64,000 bases of DNA from Perna viridis (taxonomy: Eukaryota), in NCBI GenBank assembly GCA_037379345.1, contig CM074519.1, positions 31,336,103 through 31,400,102 on the forward strand. The letters are read 5' to 3'. Within the stretch, counting starts at the first letter, position 1. Every line of letters begins with the position of its first letter. The position numbers and the translations under genes are program-made. Below, piece after piece: positions 63,301-64,000 of the stretch. The notes beneath the pieces are model-generated. The model saw only the letters and a program-made list of their open reading frames with translations, was not told where the DNA came from and did not search any database.

Positions 63301-64000
63301 TTCAGTGGTATAAAGGCATAAGAATCCCAGACAGGCGCAAATCTTCTTGACAATTAATTTCAACCCTGTCCGCAGTGTGGGAGAGTCGGTTAAAGTAACT
63401 AATTCTAAATGACGTTTACAATTAAAGCTATTGACATGTCAACATTTTCTCAAAACACGAGGTGAAAAATAAATTGATTGGAAATGTTAAAACATGTTGA
63501 ACAGGCTTTGCTCTTTTGGCTATGACATAAAGTCATTTTCAAATTTAATCGAATCATTTAATTAGATTTGGTTCCTTATTTTTGCTTGTCTAATAAATTT
63601 GTAGCATAATTGTTATAGGGAACTGTATGAAGTGGGGAAACTGTTAAAAAATACATATGTATGATTTGTTTGCATATCTCCGTTATTCAAACAGAAACTA
63701 TTTAATTTCTACCAGTCATTTAGATTAGTTTTCAACGTGATCATATTTAAGCCCGTAGATTAATTGTAAGATTGAGCACATGAAAAAATATAAGTTGAAA
63801 AATCTGTGGAAGAATGGATAATTGAAGGACACAGTTATTTTGGATTTTTTATGCATTTTACGTCAAGGTTTCTGTGTATAAAATTTAGTGTTTGAGTGTT
63901 TTTCTGTGCTGAAAACCTCATTGAGTTAATTTAGCTAGAAAGTTGTAAGTAAATTATATCTCTGTCTTTTATGATGGTGGACGTTTATAGTAATCCTGCT

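Overview
AT-rich, repeat-dense animal genomic DNA with GT-AG spliceosomal introns. The repeat families suggest a bivalve mollusc, which is an inference. Four complete multi-exon genes were rebuilt by hand, each with consistent intron phases. (1) ANAPC7 on the minus strand, 16 exons, 560 aa. (2) PTRH2 on the plus strand, 5 exons, 168 aa, head-to-head with ANAPC7. (3) An unusual 325-aa chimera on the minus strand, 5 exons: the N-terminal RNA lobe of Tpt1/TRPT1/KptA 2'-phosphotransferase (RH changed to RY, NAD lobe absent) fused to a BC-box-like motif and AMN1-like leucine-rich repeats. (4) A 284-aa probably secreted protein on the minus strand, 5 exons, built of two tandem domains resembling bacterial VirK, a candidate intronised horizontal transfer. 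There is also a probable terminal exon of a GPI-anchored-type protein at about 0.83-0.97 kb. The rest of the window holds TTAA-, TA- and TATA-target MITEs, Penelope-like RT fragments and many minisatellites. Several minisatellites arise from splice junctions or from MITE interiors. The 45-64 kb stretch is CpG-poor with no convincing CDS, probably the 5' introns of a large gene. Family assignments come from recalled motifs, not database searches.
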